Positions 31,966-41,463 of a stretch of 50,177 bases of DNA are shown here, in pieces. The translations under genes were made by a program, and so were the position numbers. This DNA comes from a virus (taxonomy: Duplodnaviria > Caudoviricetes), in the IMG/VR virus record IMGVR_UViG_3300017912_001856, positions 1 to 50,177 of that record; one strand, written 5' to 3'. The notes under the pieces were generated by a model. It saw nothing but the letters and a program-made list of their open reading frames with translations. It had not been told where the DNA came from and made no database searches. Positions within the stretch are counted from its first letter, which is position 1, and every line of letters begins with the position of its first letter.

Positions 31966-32771
31966 ATGTCAAAAAAAGAATTTATCAAAGACTTTTCAGG
32001 TATCAGCAAGGATCCTAAAGTACAAAAAGAACTAGAAGAACGTTTTCATTTTTTCAAACTAAAGACTAAAGAAGAACAATTGGCAATAGTGCGTAGAAAT
32101 TTCAAGGATACACAGTGTGAATAAGATCAAACAAGCATTTATCAAAGCAACAGTTGTATTAATACCCACATATACAGTAGCATATCTTACAGGTAAAATG
32201 ATATATGTTGTGCCTATGTTGGCGGCTAGTGCCTACGTTGCCGCGGCACTGTTTGGAGATATACCTACACGCAAAGTAGATGAAGATGTTAGTAAAGATT
32301 CTAAAGAAGATATAGAAGGCGGAGATATACAAGATTGATTATAGAACTTGCAATAGTAGGTATGCTTTCGTGCAGTTTGCGAGATCAAGAAATAGTACAC
32401 GAAGATAGAAAATGTTACTATGTTTGTCAAGATGGCACAAAAGACTTTGCAAGTACACTAAAGCAGTATCAATGTCCTTATAGACTGTATGTGGATAGAG
32501 AACCTGTGCCGTTTCAACAAAGACTTAAAAATCCTAAATAAATAACAGTATGAGAGCAGTTGAGTTTATAGAAGCCGATACTAGAGACAGAGGACCCGCA
32601 AGTAGAAAACTTTGTGCCAGTCCTAAACGTCTTGGTTCCAGTGATCAAAGTTCTTGTGTCGCACAAGGCCTACGACCCCGCCAAAGTGGAAAATCTTACA
32701 AAGGAAAAAAACTGTCCGGTCGACGTGTTAAATCTGCCAAATATGGTGGACCATTAAAAGACTATTCATAA
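31966..32771 (+). CDS. Small hypothetical genes (31966-32124, 32117-32338, 32335-32541, 32550-32771)
   Basis: Overlapping short ORFs; the last is basic, starts MRAVEFIE and follows TAAATA. Confidence 0.6.
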
Positions 32772-32847
32772 TTTACCAGAACCACATTTAAGGCCCCTTA
32801 AACACATGGTGCCTAAATATACTTTGTAATTAACAAAGGAGAATACT

Positions 32848-33027
32848 ATGTCAGAAGTACACGAACAAATCAAAGCGGCAATGGAAAAATACCTTGCAGA
32901 ATCAGAATCATTTGAAACTAAAGGTGTAAAAGCCGCGGCGACTCGTGCCAGAGGTGCTCTTAACGACTTAGGTAAGTTAACCAAAGTTCGCAGAAAAGAA
33001 ATCCAAGACAAAAAGAACAGCATGTAA
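32848..33027 (+). CDS. Small basic histone H1-like (Hc1-type) protein, 59 aa, not in ORF track
   Basis: MSEVHEQIK...FETKGVKAAATRARGALNDLGKLTKVRRKEI; AAGGAG RBS. Confidence 0.7.
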   Translation: MSEVHEQIKAAMEKYLAESESFETKGVKAAATRARGALNDLGKLTKVRRKEIQDKKNSM

Positions 33028-33036
33028 GGTCCAGCA

Positions 33037-33585
33037 ATGGAACTTTCAAATGTCAACGACAAAGAACTGTTCAAACGTGAGTATTTTGGTGTCAAACCTT
33101 GTTTATGTTCATGGTTGGCACCAACTACTCCGCAAGGTTGGCAATCAGTACTAGAAGAAATAGAGTACTCTGTCAAAAACAATGAAAACATTGTAATGAC
33201 AAAATCGGCAGGATACATTCTGCCTAAACCCAAACATAAATGGCCAAATCAACTGTCAGATATGTTTGAAGAATTCAAACCCAAAGATCAATTTATACAA
33301 TCACACATATACATAAGTCTATTTGGATTTAGTGAACTGTTTTCAAAACATCACGATCCTGGACAAAACATATTTGTAGTAGCAGGTGAAGGATCTGCAG
33401 ATTGGACAATAGAAGGTTATGATGACTTTGTTTTAGGTCCAAACCAGATACTGTATTTTCCAGGCATACTGTATCATCACGCAAGAAGCAAAGGTCCAAG
33501 ATACAGTGTAAGTGTAGTTATTGAAACTTTGGAAAGCAGATCACGAAACACTCTAGATGGTGATCTTACGCAGAGCAATTCTTAG
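33037..33585 (+). CDS. JmjC/cupin-like Fe(II)/2OG oxygenase
   Basis: KHHD, GSADW and L.P.QILYFP..YH motifs. Confidence 0.7.
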   Translation: MELSNVNDKELFKREYFGVKPCLCSWLAPTTPQGWQSVLEEIEYSVKNNENIVMTKSAGYILPKPKHKWPNQLSDMFEEFKPKDQFIQSHIYISLFGFSELFSKHHDPGQNIFVVAGEGSADWTIEGYDDFVLGPNQILYFPGILYHHARSKGPRYSVSVVIETLESRSRNTLDGDLTQSNS

Positions 33586-34331
33586 TGAAGCACATCTCTG
33601 CCATAATGGGCAATCTCAAAACCAAAAAGTACACTAAAAAATTTGCATGGTATCCAATTAAAACTACCAGTGGAGAATGGTATTGGTTAAAAGACTATTA
33701 TATAGTAGTTCAAACTTGGGCACCTGCTGTCTCAGAAGATGGCGAAGTGTATAATCGTAGAATCATTTCTACTTATGAATTCATTTTGGATCATTTTAAT
33801 CAAAATTCAGGTTGACTTTTAGGTAAAACCGTTATATATTAGTGTTATATTTGTTGTAAACAGATATGAACCACGAAGGGCATTTGCGTCCTTTAGTTGA
33901 GACCTTAGGTCAAGTGGTATACAAGAATACTATAAATGCCGCGAGTTAATGTTTTGCTAGTTTTAAACTCACAAAAGAAAAACTAGCACTAATAAAAAGG
34001 CACAGAGAGGCGATATATGTTTTGGATAAGAGCAGAAAAAGAATTTATACAACCTGAAGAGATTGAGTTAGAGAGCAAAATTCAATTTACAGGTAGTAAA
34101 GATCTTTCTGAAGGTTCTTGTGCTTATGTTAATAACATGACAGACGAAAGAGTTGTTATTCATTGGCATGACAAAACAGACACTTCAAAATTAGTTCAAA
34201 CAGCAGAGTTAGAAAGACCAATGATCATAAACACGGCACATCCTGTTACACTCAAGAATTTAGGTGATAAGAGTGCAGTAATTGATTACATTGATCTAAA
34301 CACTGTTATAGAACACTACGGGGGAATCTAA
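33585..34331 (+). CDS. Hypothetical proteins (33585-33815, 34017-34331)
   Basis: Two ORFs separated by a structured intergenic region. Confidence 0.6.
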
Positions 34332-34431
34332 ATGGATATTGGATCAGGATTGCTTATGTTACTCATAGGCAGTTTAGTAACTATTGGATTTTTTATAATT
34401 TGGTTTAAGGCAATGGAGGCAGAGGCAAAAA

Positions 34432-35760
34432 ATGACGACGAGAACACAACCACAAACAATTATTAAAGCATTAGAATCAGACAATTCACGTCTTGCAAAA
34501 GAAAAAATTATAGCAGACGCAATGAATGAAGGTCTTGATGAATTCTTCGAAGGTGTAAAAATGGCACTAGACAAATTATACACATTTGGAGTTCAACAAG
34601 TCCCAGAAGCAACTGTCGATGGACAAGGTCTTTCTTGGGACGTTTTTAAAGAATTAGCACGTAGACTTTACACAAGAGAATTAACTGGACATGCGGCTAG
34701 AGATTCAATTGAATTAACGAAGAATCTTGCAACCATTGAACAGTGGAATTTGTTTTACAGAAGAATATTGATTAAAGATTTACGTTGTGGCGTTTCTGAG
34801 AAAACAGTTAACAATGTTGCTAAAAAATTGAAATATGATGCTTATAAGGTGCCAGTGTTTGAATGTATGTTGGCACATGATTCAGCAAAACATCAAAAGA
34901 AAGTGAGTGGAAAAGTATGCCTGGATAAAAAACTAGACGGTGTAAGAGTTCTCACAGTCGTAGACTGTGCTATGGGAGAGGTCGTGTCGCAATATACTAG
35001 AAATGGCAAGACATTAAAGAACTTCACCAAAATAACACAATTTATAAAATCTAAGGTCCTTGAATCAGGATCCAGAGCCATGGTGCTAGATGGCGAAATA
35101 GTAAGTAACTCTTTTCAAGACTTGATGAAACAAGTGCATAGAAAGAGTGATGTACAAGCGGACGATGCCGTATTGCAACTGTTTGACATAATACCGTTAA
35201 GTGAATTCAAACAGGGTAAGTCTACTCTTAACCAACGCCAGCGCCATGTATTTCTGAAAGAATATTGCAAGATATTTGATGGTTTCGACAATATTCAGAT
35301 CATTCCAAAAATAGATTGTGACCTTGATACAGATGAAGGTCAGGAACTATTCAAACAATTTAACAAAGAAGCAATTGATCAAGGCTATGAGGGCATAATG
35401 ATCAAAGATCCAAATGCCAAGTATGAATGTAAAAGATCCACTGCTTGGTTAAAGCAGAAACCTTTTGTTGAGGTTTCACTAGAGGTGAAAAATGTTGAAG
35501 AAGGAACAGGACGTAATGAAGGAAGACTTGGAGCATTTGTCTGTGAAGGACAAGATGATGGTAGAACTATCAAAGTTAATGTTGGTAGTGGGTTCAGTGA
35601 CAGCGATCGTGATAATTTTTGGACTGGGCGTGATAACATTGTTGGAAATGTTGTTGAAGTAAGAGCAGATGCAATTACACAGAATCAAGACGGTACTTGG
35701 AGTTTACGTTTTCCAAGATTTAAAACTTTTAGAGGAATGGAAATAGGAGAGAAAATATGA
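34432..35760 (+). CDS. ATP-dependent DNA ligase
   Basis: KLDGVR, LDGEI, FDII, EGIMIK, WLK.K, VGSGF and LRFPRF motifs. Confidence 0.95.
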   Translation: MTTRTQPQTIIKALESDNSRLAKEKIIADAMNEGLDEFFEGVKMALDKLYTFGVQQVPEATVDGQGLSWDVFKELARRLYTRELTGHAARDSIELTKNLATIEQWNLFYRRILIKDLRCGVSEKTVNNVAKKLKYDAYKVPVFECMLAHDSAKHQKKVSGKVCLDKKLDGVRVLTVVDCAMGEVVSQYTRNGKTLKNFTKITQFIKSKVLESGSRAMVLDGEIVSNSFQDLMKQVHRKSDVQADDAVLQLFDIIPLSEFKQGKSTLNQRQRHVFLKEYCKIFDGFDNIQIIPKIDCDLDTDEGQELFKQFNKEAIDQGYEGIMIKDPNAKYECKRSTAWLKQKPFVEVSLEVKNVEEGTGRNEGRLGAFVCEGQDDGRTIKVNVGSGFSDSDRDNFWTGRDNIVGNVVEVRADAITQNQDGTWSLRFPRFKTFRGMEIGEKI

Positions 35761-35896
35761 AAAACCTTTTTAGAATGCTAAAAGGCTTTTATGATCCATT
35801 AGATAGTATAGAAATTGTAGGAGGCCTAGCATTGTTTTCACTGCTCGGTTACGGTCTCTGGGTGGCACTAGTAGCAGTGGTAGAAAGGTTTATGTA

Positions 35897-36268
35897 ATGA
35901 GAAGTTTTATTGTAGATTGTTGGAATCATATTATGGATGCCAAAGTTAATCCTTTGCGAAATATTCCAGACCTACAAGTTAGGCATATGGTAATGCAAGT
36001 ATTGGCATTTATGTGGTCGGCTGTTTTCGCAATTTTAATTGCTGATAGTGTAATGGCATTTGGTATTAGTGCTTTGGCACACGTTCTACTTGTTGCCGCA
36101 GTTGTTATTACTGTTGGTACATTCAAAGTTGCAGAACACAGACCTTGGGCATTTGGTTCATATCATTCATATGGACGTTCAAGAGGCTATACAATTTATC
36201 ATGATAAGTATGGTAACCCACGTAAAGTTTACTATGATGAAAAGGATCCGGGTGGAGAACATGAATAA
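35897..36268 (+). CDS. Membrane hypothetical protein
   Basis: Two TM helices; NPLRNIPD...QVLAFMWS. Confidence 0.7.
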   Translation: MRSFIVDCWNHIMDAKVNPLRNIPDLQVRHMVMQVLAFMWSAVFAILIADSVMAFGISALAHVLLVAAVVITVGTFKVAEHRPWAFGSYHSYGRSRGYTIYHDKYGNPRKVYYDEKDPGGEHE

Positions 36269-36671
36269 AAAAGCAATGGGAATGAGGACGACCGAAGTAA
36301 TCAAACTAATTGAAAAAACTGCACTAGGGGTGATTGCTTTACTTACTGTAATCGCAACAGTACAAGAAATTATGTCAATATATAATATTGGTACTGTAAA
36401 ACTAGCAGACTTGTTGATGCTTTTTATCTATACTGAGGTATTAGGAATGATTGGAGTATTTTATGCAAGTAATAGAATTCCAATTACACTGCCTTTGTTT
36501 ATTGCAATGACGGCGTTAGCAAGGTTGATTATTTTACAAGGTAAAGAAATGGATCCTATAACTTTAGTGTATGAAGCAGGTGCTATTGTATTACTTGCCA
36601 TAGCATGTCTAATTGTAAGATACAAACCAAAGACTTCGTATAATTACAATGTACAAGATGACGACAAATGA
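36261..36671 (+). CDS. psiE: PsiE-family phosphate-starvation-inducible membrane protein
   Basis: Four TM helices; LFIYTE...RIPI..P.FIAMTALARLII. Start reassigned to ATG 36261. Confidence 0.8.
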   Translation: MNKKAMGMRTTEVIKLIEKTALGVIALLTVIATVQEIMSIYNIGTVKLADLLMLFIYTEVLGMIGVFYASNRIPITLPLFIAMTALARLIILQGKEMDPITLVYEAGAIVLLAIACLIVRYKPKTSYNYNVQDDDK

Positions 36672-36876
36672 AATTAAAAATTATAGGATGGTAAAAACAT
36701 TGGCTGAGAATTTTAAAAACAAACCCATTAAAAGAAAAGTAGATACTTACGAATATCAATCACTTGCTGATTGTATTAGAAGTGATCAAGTGCCTGCAAA
36801 TCATATTGCAGAATACTTTACAGATCCTGCTTTCTATAAATGGTACAGTGAAAAATACTTTAAAAATGATACTTGA
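36649..36876 (+). CDS. Small hypothetical protein
   Basis: 75-aa ORF overlapping both neighbours. Confidence 0.6.
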   Translation: MYKMTTNEIKNYRMVKTLAENFKNKPIKRKVDTYEYQSLADCIRSDQVPANHIAEYFTDPAFYKWYSEKYFKNDT

Positions 36877-37270
36877 TAAGATTGCGAGTAAAGGTGAAGA
36901 AATGTCCGTGCTAGTAGGTCATGATAGACTACAATATATCATAGACGAAGCAAGACATGTACCACCTCTAGATGCAGAACACAAAACAGAAGATAATAAA
37001 ATACGTGGTTGCATCAGTAATCTTTGGGTAACAGGTAAAGTGCAAAACGATGGTACAATGTCTTACCAACACGATGCTGATTCGCATATGACAAAAGGAA
37101 CTGCCAAAGTAATTTTAGATATTGTTAATGGAGAACACAGAAGCGAAGTTGCAAACCTTACATTAGAAAACTTTGAACCTTTAGGTATTAAAGGACTATT
37201 AACAATGCAAAGACAAGTAGGTTTCGCAAGTTTAATTCAAAAAGTAATAAGGATAGCAAATGATGAGTAA
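36866..37270 (+). CDS. sufE: SufE-family sulfur acceptor protein
   Basis: DRLQYII, IRGCISNLW (acceptor Cys), DADS..TKG and LT.QR..G motifs. Confidence 0.85.
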   Translation: MILDKIASKGEEMSVLVGHDRLQYIIDEARHVPPLDAEHKTEDNKIRGCISNLWVTGKVQNDGTMSYQHDADSHMTKGTAKVILDIVNGEHRSEVANLTLENFEPLGIKGLLTMQRQVGFASLIQKVIRIANDE

Positions 37271-37538
37271 AGTTTTATATTTTATTAAATGGTTGTTGAA
37301 TTGGAATAAGTGGTATGCTTTTCAAAGACGGTACGTAATATATTTTCTTGTTAGCATTAGTCTTGCATTTATTTTGAGCATAGAAGAATTATTGTTTTTA
37401 CCAGCACTATTAGTTTTCTTAGATTTTACTTATGAAATTTTGAAAGATAAATGGAAACAGTTTAATAAAGAACAAGAAGATATGCTTAAAGAAATCAGCA
37501 CTGGTAAAAGTTATTCGAAATCAATGCTTAAAGAATAA
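37260..37538 (+). CDS. Membrane hypothetical protein
   Basis: Two hydrophobic segments. Confidence 0.6.
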   Translation: MMSKVLYFIKWLLNWNKWYAFQRRYVIYFLVSISLAFILSIEELLFLPALLVFLDFTYEILKDKWKQFNKEQEDMLKEISTGKSYSKSMLKE

Positions 37539-37592
37539 TGTTCCTTACTAACAAAACTGAGAATAGAGATTCACGGTTTACCTGTCAACATT

Positions 37593-38126
37593 CTAAAAGT
37601 TAGTAAGGGACATATACGGCTTTAAAACGTCAATCCATTCATCATAATCAAAATCTAATACAAACAAAGAACGTTCGTAATCAGTATTATTATATCCATA
37701 ATGATTTTTTGTTGCATCAAAGGCAAACAACTCACCCATTTTCCAATTATACTTTTTACCTTCTACAACAAATCCACTATCACCTTCTGGTAAAATAGTA
37801 GGCAAATGACAGATGATCTTTTTGCCCCAATCTTGATGATTGTGCTCAGGAGTTCTACTATGTGGATCAAGAACTAGCCAGCCGGTTGCTCTATGATCAG
37901 GACCGTTTTTTACTAACTCTGTAACTCTTGGACATCTACGTTGACTACTTGGCCAGGCTTTATAATCCCACCATAGTGCTGTTCCCGTCCACCCTGGAAC
38001 AATGTCTCCATCTTCATAGTCCGGCAAAGGTACACGTCTGCGATTGAAATTTACATATTCTTCATGTATGATATCCTGACTATCAATCAAACGATTTATA
38101 AAATCTTTTTTATCTTGTAAATTCAT
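37593..38126 (-). CDS. Aspartyl/asparaginyl beta-hydroxylase-like Fe/2OG enzyme
   Basis: L.PHS..PEH, CHLP, W..GELFAFD...H..YN and R..FVLD motifs. Confidence 0.75.
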   Translation of the reverse strand: MNLQDKKDFINRLIDSQDIIHEEYVNFNRRRVPLPDYEDGDIVPGWTGTALWWDYKAWPSSQRRCPRVTELVKNGPDHRATGWLVLDPHSRTPEHNHQDWGKKIICHLPTILPEGDSGFVVEGKKYNWKMGELFAFDATKNHYGYNNTDYERSLFVLDFDYDEWIDVLKPYMSLTNF

Positions 38127-38244
38127 TGTGACCTCTTTCTGCACAAAATATTTATTCGCTTTCAAATTAACTGCTACTATTATAGAATAAGTATATATGT
38201 CAACCTATAAATACTACAAACTTTTAAAAGAAGGTAATGACTAG

Positions 38245-39042
38245 ATGACTCATAATCAAAAAACTAGAGGATTACAAATTATTAATCATGTCTTAGGTCT
38301 TGCAGGTCTATCATATGTATTTGCTACAGGACAATATTATTGGCTTGCTATTGCGTTTGCATTTTTTGTTCCTACTACAATTTTAGGAATTAATATTGGA
38401 TTTCATAGACTTTTAAGTCATGCTAGTTTTACAACATATCCTTATGTTAAAGAAGTATTATCATTAATTGGAAGCATTACTACTATCGGTAGTCCACTTG
38501 CTTGGACGGCTGTACATAGACAGCATCATAAACATACAGAAACACCAGAAGATCCGCATAGTCCTTATCTAATAGGTAATTGGAAAGCATGGTTAGGCTT
38601 CTGGAATACTCCAAGATTGAACTTGCGCCTAGTAAAAGACTTACGCAAAGATCCTTTCCAAAAGTTTTTACATAAACACTATGTTGCTGTAATTGTAACT
38701 TACTGTATACTTCTAGCATTAATTAATCCGTTGCTAGTTATCTTTGGTTATGCTATTCCTAGTTGTTTAACTCTACATGCATCTAGCAGTATCATTGTTA
38801 TTGCACATAGACACGGATACAAAACATACAACCTAGGTGATGATGAAGCACGTAATAGTTGGATTGCTAATATTACTAGTTTAGGAGAAGGCTGGCACAA
38901 CAATCATCATGCTATGCCGTGGAAGTTAACCCAAGGTATAGATAAATGGCAAATTGATCCACCGGCGTGGATTATTAAAAAGTTTCTTGCTAAAGACGTA
39001 GTAGAAAACCTGGATAAAAATGAAAAAATATATTCTAATTGA
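38245..39042 (+). CDS. Membrane fatty-acid (delta-9-type) desaturase
   Basis: His boxes HRLLSH, HRQHH and GEGWHNNHH; DPHSP. TATAAATA at 38206-38213. Confidence 0.92.
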   Translation: MTHNQKTRGLQIINHVLGLAGLSYVFATGQYYWLAIAFAFFVPTTILGINIGFHRLLSHASFTTYPYVKEVLSLIGSITTIGSPLAWTAVHRQHHKHTETPEDPHSPYLIGNWKAWLGFWNTPRLNLRLVKDLRKDPFQKFLHKHYVAVIVTYCILLALINPLLVIFGYAIPSCLTLHASSSIIVIAHRHGYKTYNLGDDEARNSWIANITSLGEGWHNNHHAMPWKLTQGIDKWQIDPPAWIIKKFLAKDVVENLDKNEKIYSN

Positions 39043-39895
39043 AAGCGAAACACACACAGTAACACCGTTCAGACATTTTACTGATTTAATTAATACAAAT
39101 GCAAGTAAAAGTTTTACATCAACTATTACACCCACTAAAAACAAAGTAAGAACAATACCACATAATAGATGGAATGCTGATTTTTATATTGAACAAGACA
39201 ATGATGATTTAATATTAAAAAGTTTTAATGCAAAAGATGACCCTGCTTACAAAATACAGTTTGATTTACTCATAGACACTATCAGAAAAGGCAGTGTTCA
39301 TTGTTGGGCAGGTGTTGGTTTTCTAGCAAGAGATTTTGATCGTACAGAATTAATTTATTTTTACAGAGATAAAGATCTTGTATTAAAACATTGTGGTACT
39401 GACACTCCTATTTCTAAAGATGACGAAGTGTTTATGGATACAGTATTCCTTATACTTGGTTCATGGCCTGTACCTTTATATCATGTAATACTAAATGACG
39501 ATCTTGTGTTTACAACAGGGTGCTATATAGATAATAAAGATTATTTTATTGACTATAATACATTTCATATGCAAACTCTAAAAGACTATGTGATGTTTCC
39601 TTCTATTAAACGTGCATTTGAAAGTGATAATATTATCATATCGCCAGGTAATAACTTTACTATAGACTTTTTTGGTAGATCAAGACTTAAAAATGATACT
39701 GATTTTGATTATGATACAATGCCACTCAAAGTTAAATCAAACCTACGTTTTGAAAAAATAGATACTGGAAAATATCAGTTTTTTATACAAAATGGCGAAA
39801 CAGGCTTTATCTATGCTAGGATACCAGCAGATTTTGGTGCAGAACAAGATCCTAGAACCTGTTTGCGTTGTGCCTACAGTGTTCATAAATATTAA
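39020..39895 (+). CDS. Hypothetical protein, paralog 1 of 3
   Basis: Shares N- and C-terminal motifs with 40528-41463 and 41463-42389. Confidence 0.75.
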   Translation: MKKYILIESETHTVTPFRHFTDLINTNASKSFTSTITPTKNKVRTIPHNRWNADFYIEQDNDDLILKSFNAKDDPAYKIQFDLLIDTIRKGSVHCWAGVGFLARDFDRTELIYFYRDKDLVLKHCGTDTPISKDDEVFMDTVFLILGSWPVPLYHVILNDDLVFTTGCYIDNKDYFIDYNTFHMQTLKDYVMFPSIKRAFESDNIIISPGNNFTIDFFGRSRLKNDTDFDYDTMPLKVKSNLRFEKIDTGKYQFFIQNGETGFIYARIPADFGAEQDPRTCLRCAYSVHKY

Positions 39896-39920
39896 TAAAT
39901 AACGTTGGAGGACTAGGATT

Positions 39921-40298
39921 ATGCCGCAAGATACCAGAAATACAAGTGATGTACAGATGACAACTACATATTCAACTGCGAATATCGACCAACTTTTGAC
40001 AAGTTTTGATGCTGGTGATATCATTACTGCTGACGCAGTCAATCTGATGTTAACATATTGGGCAAGATTGTCAACACATAACCATGGAATTACAGACTTT
40101 GTAACCAAAGATACGTTTGGTAATACAAGCGGAGACCAAAGTAATTCTTCAAATCATAATACAAATCAGCCAAAAAATGGACCATTGTTGCCTGCATTTG
40201 TGTCGCAAGGACAAACAGTATTAGCAACAAAACACAACCAAATTAGAGATGCACATAACTTTTTTAGGAATCACGTACACACCTGGAGTGATGACTAG
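39921..40298 (+). CDS. Small protein with two G-x-x-I/V-x-A...HxH repeats
   Basis: GDIITA...THNHGITD and GQTVLA...NHVHTWSDD; TAAATA at 39896. Confidence 0.8.
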   Translation: MPQDTRNTSDVQMTTTYSTANIDQLLTSFDAGDIITADAVNLMLTYWARLSTHNHGITDFVTKDTFGNTSGDQSNSSNHNTNQPKNGPLLPAFVSQGQTVLATKHNQIRDAHNFFRNHVHTWSDD

Positions 40299-40327
40299 GC
40301 AATAAATACGTAGTATAAGGAGACAAT

Positions 40328-40528
40328 ATGGCAAACGAAGATACAGGTACACCAAGCAAAGTTCCAACAGCCGCAGGTTCCAAAGTAAGCGGAGACGAAA
40401 TTTCTAAAGATACTTTTAGGCAGATGCTTAATATTCTTAAAGAAATGCGTAACCATACTCACCAATACTATGATGATTATACTACTGCTTGTGAATGTCA
40501 ATGCCAGTGTCAAAGAGGAACTATTTAA
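40328..40528 (+). CDS. Candidate radical SAM substrate/precursor with HxH and CxCxCxC tail
   Basis: ...GDEIS...RNHTHQYYDDYTTACECQCQCQRGTI; TAAATA at 40303 and AAGGAG RBS. Confidence 0.8.
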   Translation: MANEDTGTPSKVPTAAGSKVSGDEISKDTFRQMLNILKEMRNHTHQYYDDYTTACECQCQCQRGTI

Positions 40529-41463
40529 TGGCAAATTGGCTTATTGATAATGCTAATGTCAAAAGGGGCACAACCTATACTAGACATTTAGATATATTTA
40601 GAAATTTTTCAGTATCCACTGAATCAGGATCACCTAAAGAAATTAGAACAGGTAATCCTGTCGTTCGTACTCATACAGCAGTTGACCCTAGAAACGTTAA
40701 ACTATTCAATAGCGGATCAGGTATTGGAATAGGATTAACTTCACCTGCAGAAAATTCAAGCACTAAATTAGCAGACTTAGATTTAGATGCAATGAAAACT
40801 TGGTTAGATGCTAATGCAGTTACATCACCTGTAATTGCTTTTGGTTATGTGTTTGCATCTAATGACGAAGATGTTACACAAAAACATGCACTAGAAAATG
40901 CAAGATATATTACAAGCAAATATAATCCTAGTTTAAAACAAACTGACATGATAGATATCAAAGATGGTTCAACTGTTTGGTCATCTCCTGATACAAAAGA
41001 TATGGTTGTTTACTTTATGGCAGGAAAAGTAGATGGTATTGCAGATACATATTACATTTTACTTAATGCTATGCGTACTGAGATGTATGAAACATTGATA
41101 GATACAACTAATCACAAATTTGAAACTATTGAATTAGGTACAGGTACATACAGCGACTTTTTAATTAAACCTGTATTTGATAATGCAACATTACAACAAG
41201 ATGATGTAGTTCTTGTAACAAACGATACATTCTATTTTAATCCTTTTGGAAGCGAATGGTATACAACAGTAGGTATCGATACAAGCACAGTAAGATTCAA
41301 CTTACAAACAAATTTAAATTGGACACAAGAAACATCACAAAGATATAAATTTACAATGGGTACAGATAAACAAGGTGTTATTGTATTTGAAATATTAGGT
41401 GGTAGCACAGATGCTGATCCTTTATCTAAAATACAAAGAGTGTTTAAGGTGTATAGAATATAA
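40528..41463 (+). CDS. Hypothetical protein, paralog 2 of 3
   Basis: Start reassigned to ATG 40528 (TAATG coupling, AGAGGA RBS). Confidence 0.8.
   Translation: MANWLIDNANVKRGTTYTRHLDIFRNFSVSTESGSPKEIRTGNPVVRTHTAVDPRNVKLFNSGSGIGIGLTSPAENSSTKLADLDLDAMKTWLDANAVTSPVIAFGYVFASNDEDVTQKHALENARYITSKYNPSLKQTDMIDIKDGSTVWSSPDTKDMVVYFMAGKVDGIADTYYILLNAMRTEMYETLIDTTNHKFETIELGTGTYSDFLIKPVFDNATLQQDDVVLVTNDTFYFNPFGSEWYTTVGIDTSTVRFNLQTNLNWTQETSQRYKFTMGTDKQGVIVFEILGGSTDADPLSKIQRVFKVYRI

Noticed and set aside
31506-33233. Long antisense ORFs (31506-32009, 32766-33233; likewise 5405-5914, 44250-44774)
   Set aside because: Shadow frames opposite well-supported genes.
40295-40534. Minus-strand Cys-containing 79-aa ORF as the precursor
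   Set aside because: Antisense to the 66-aa ORF, which has the RBS, TAAATA and operon coupling.
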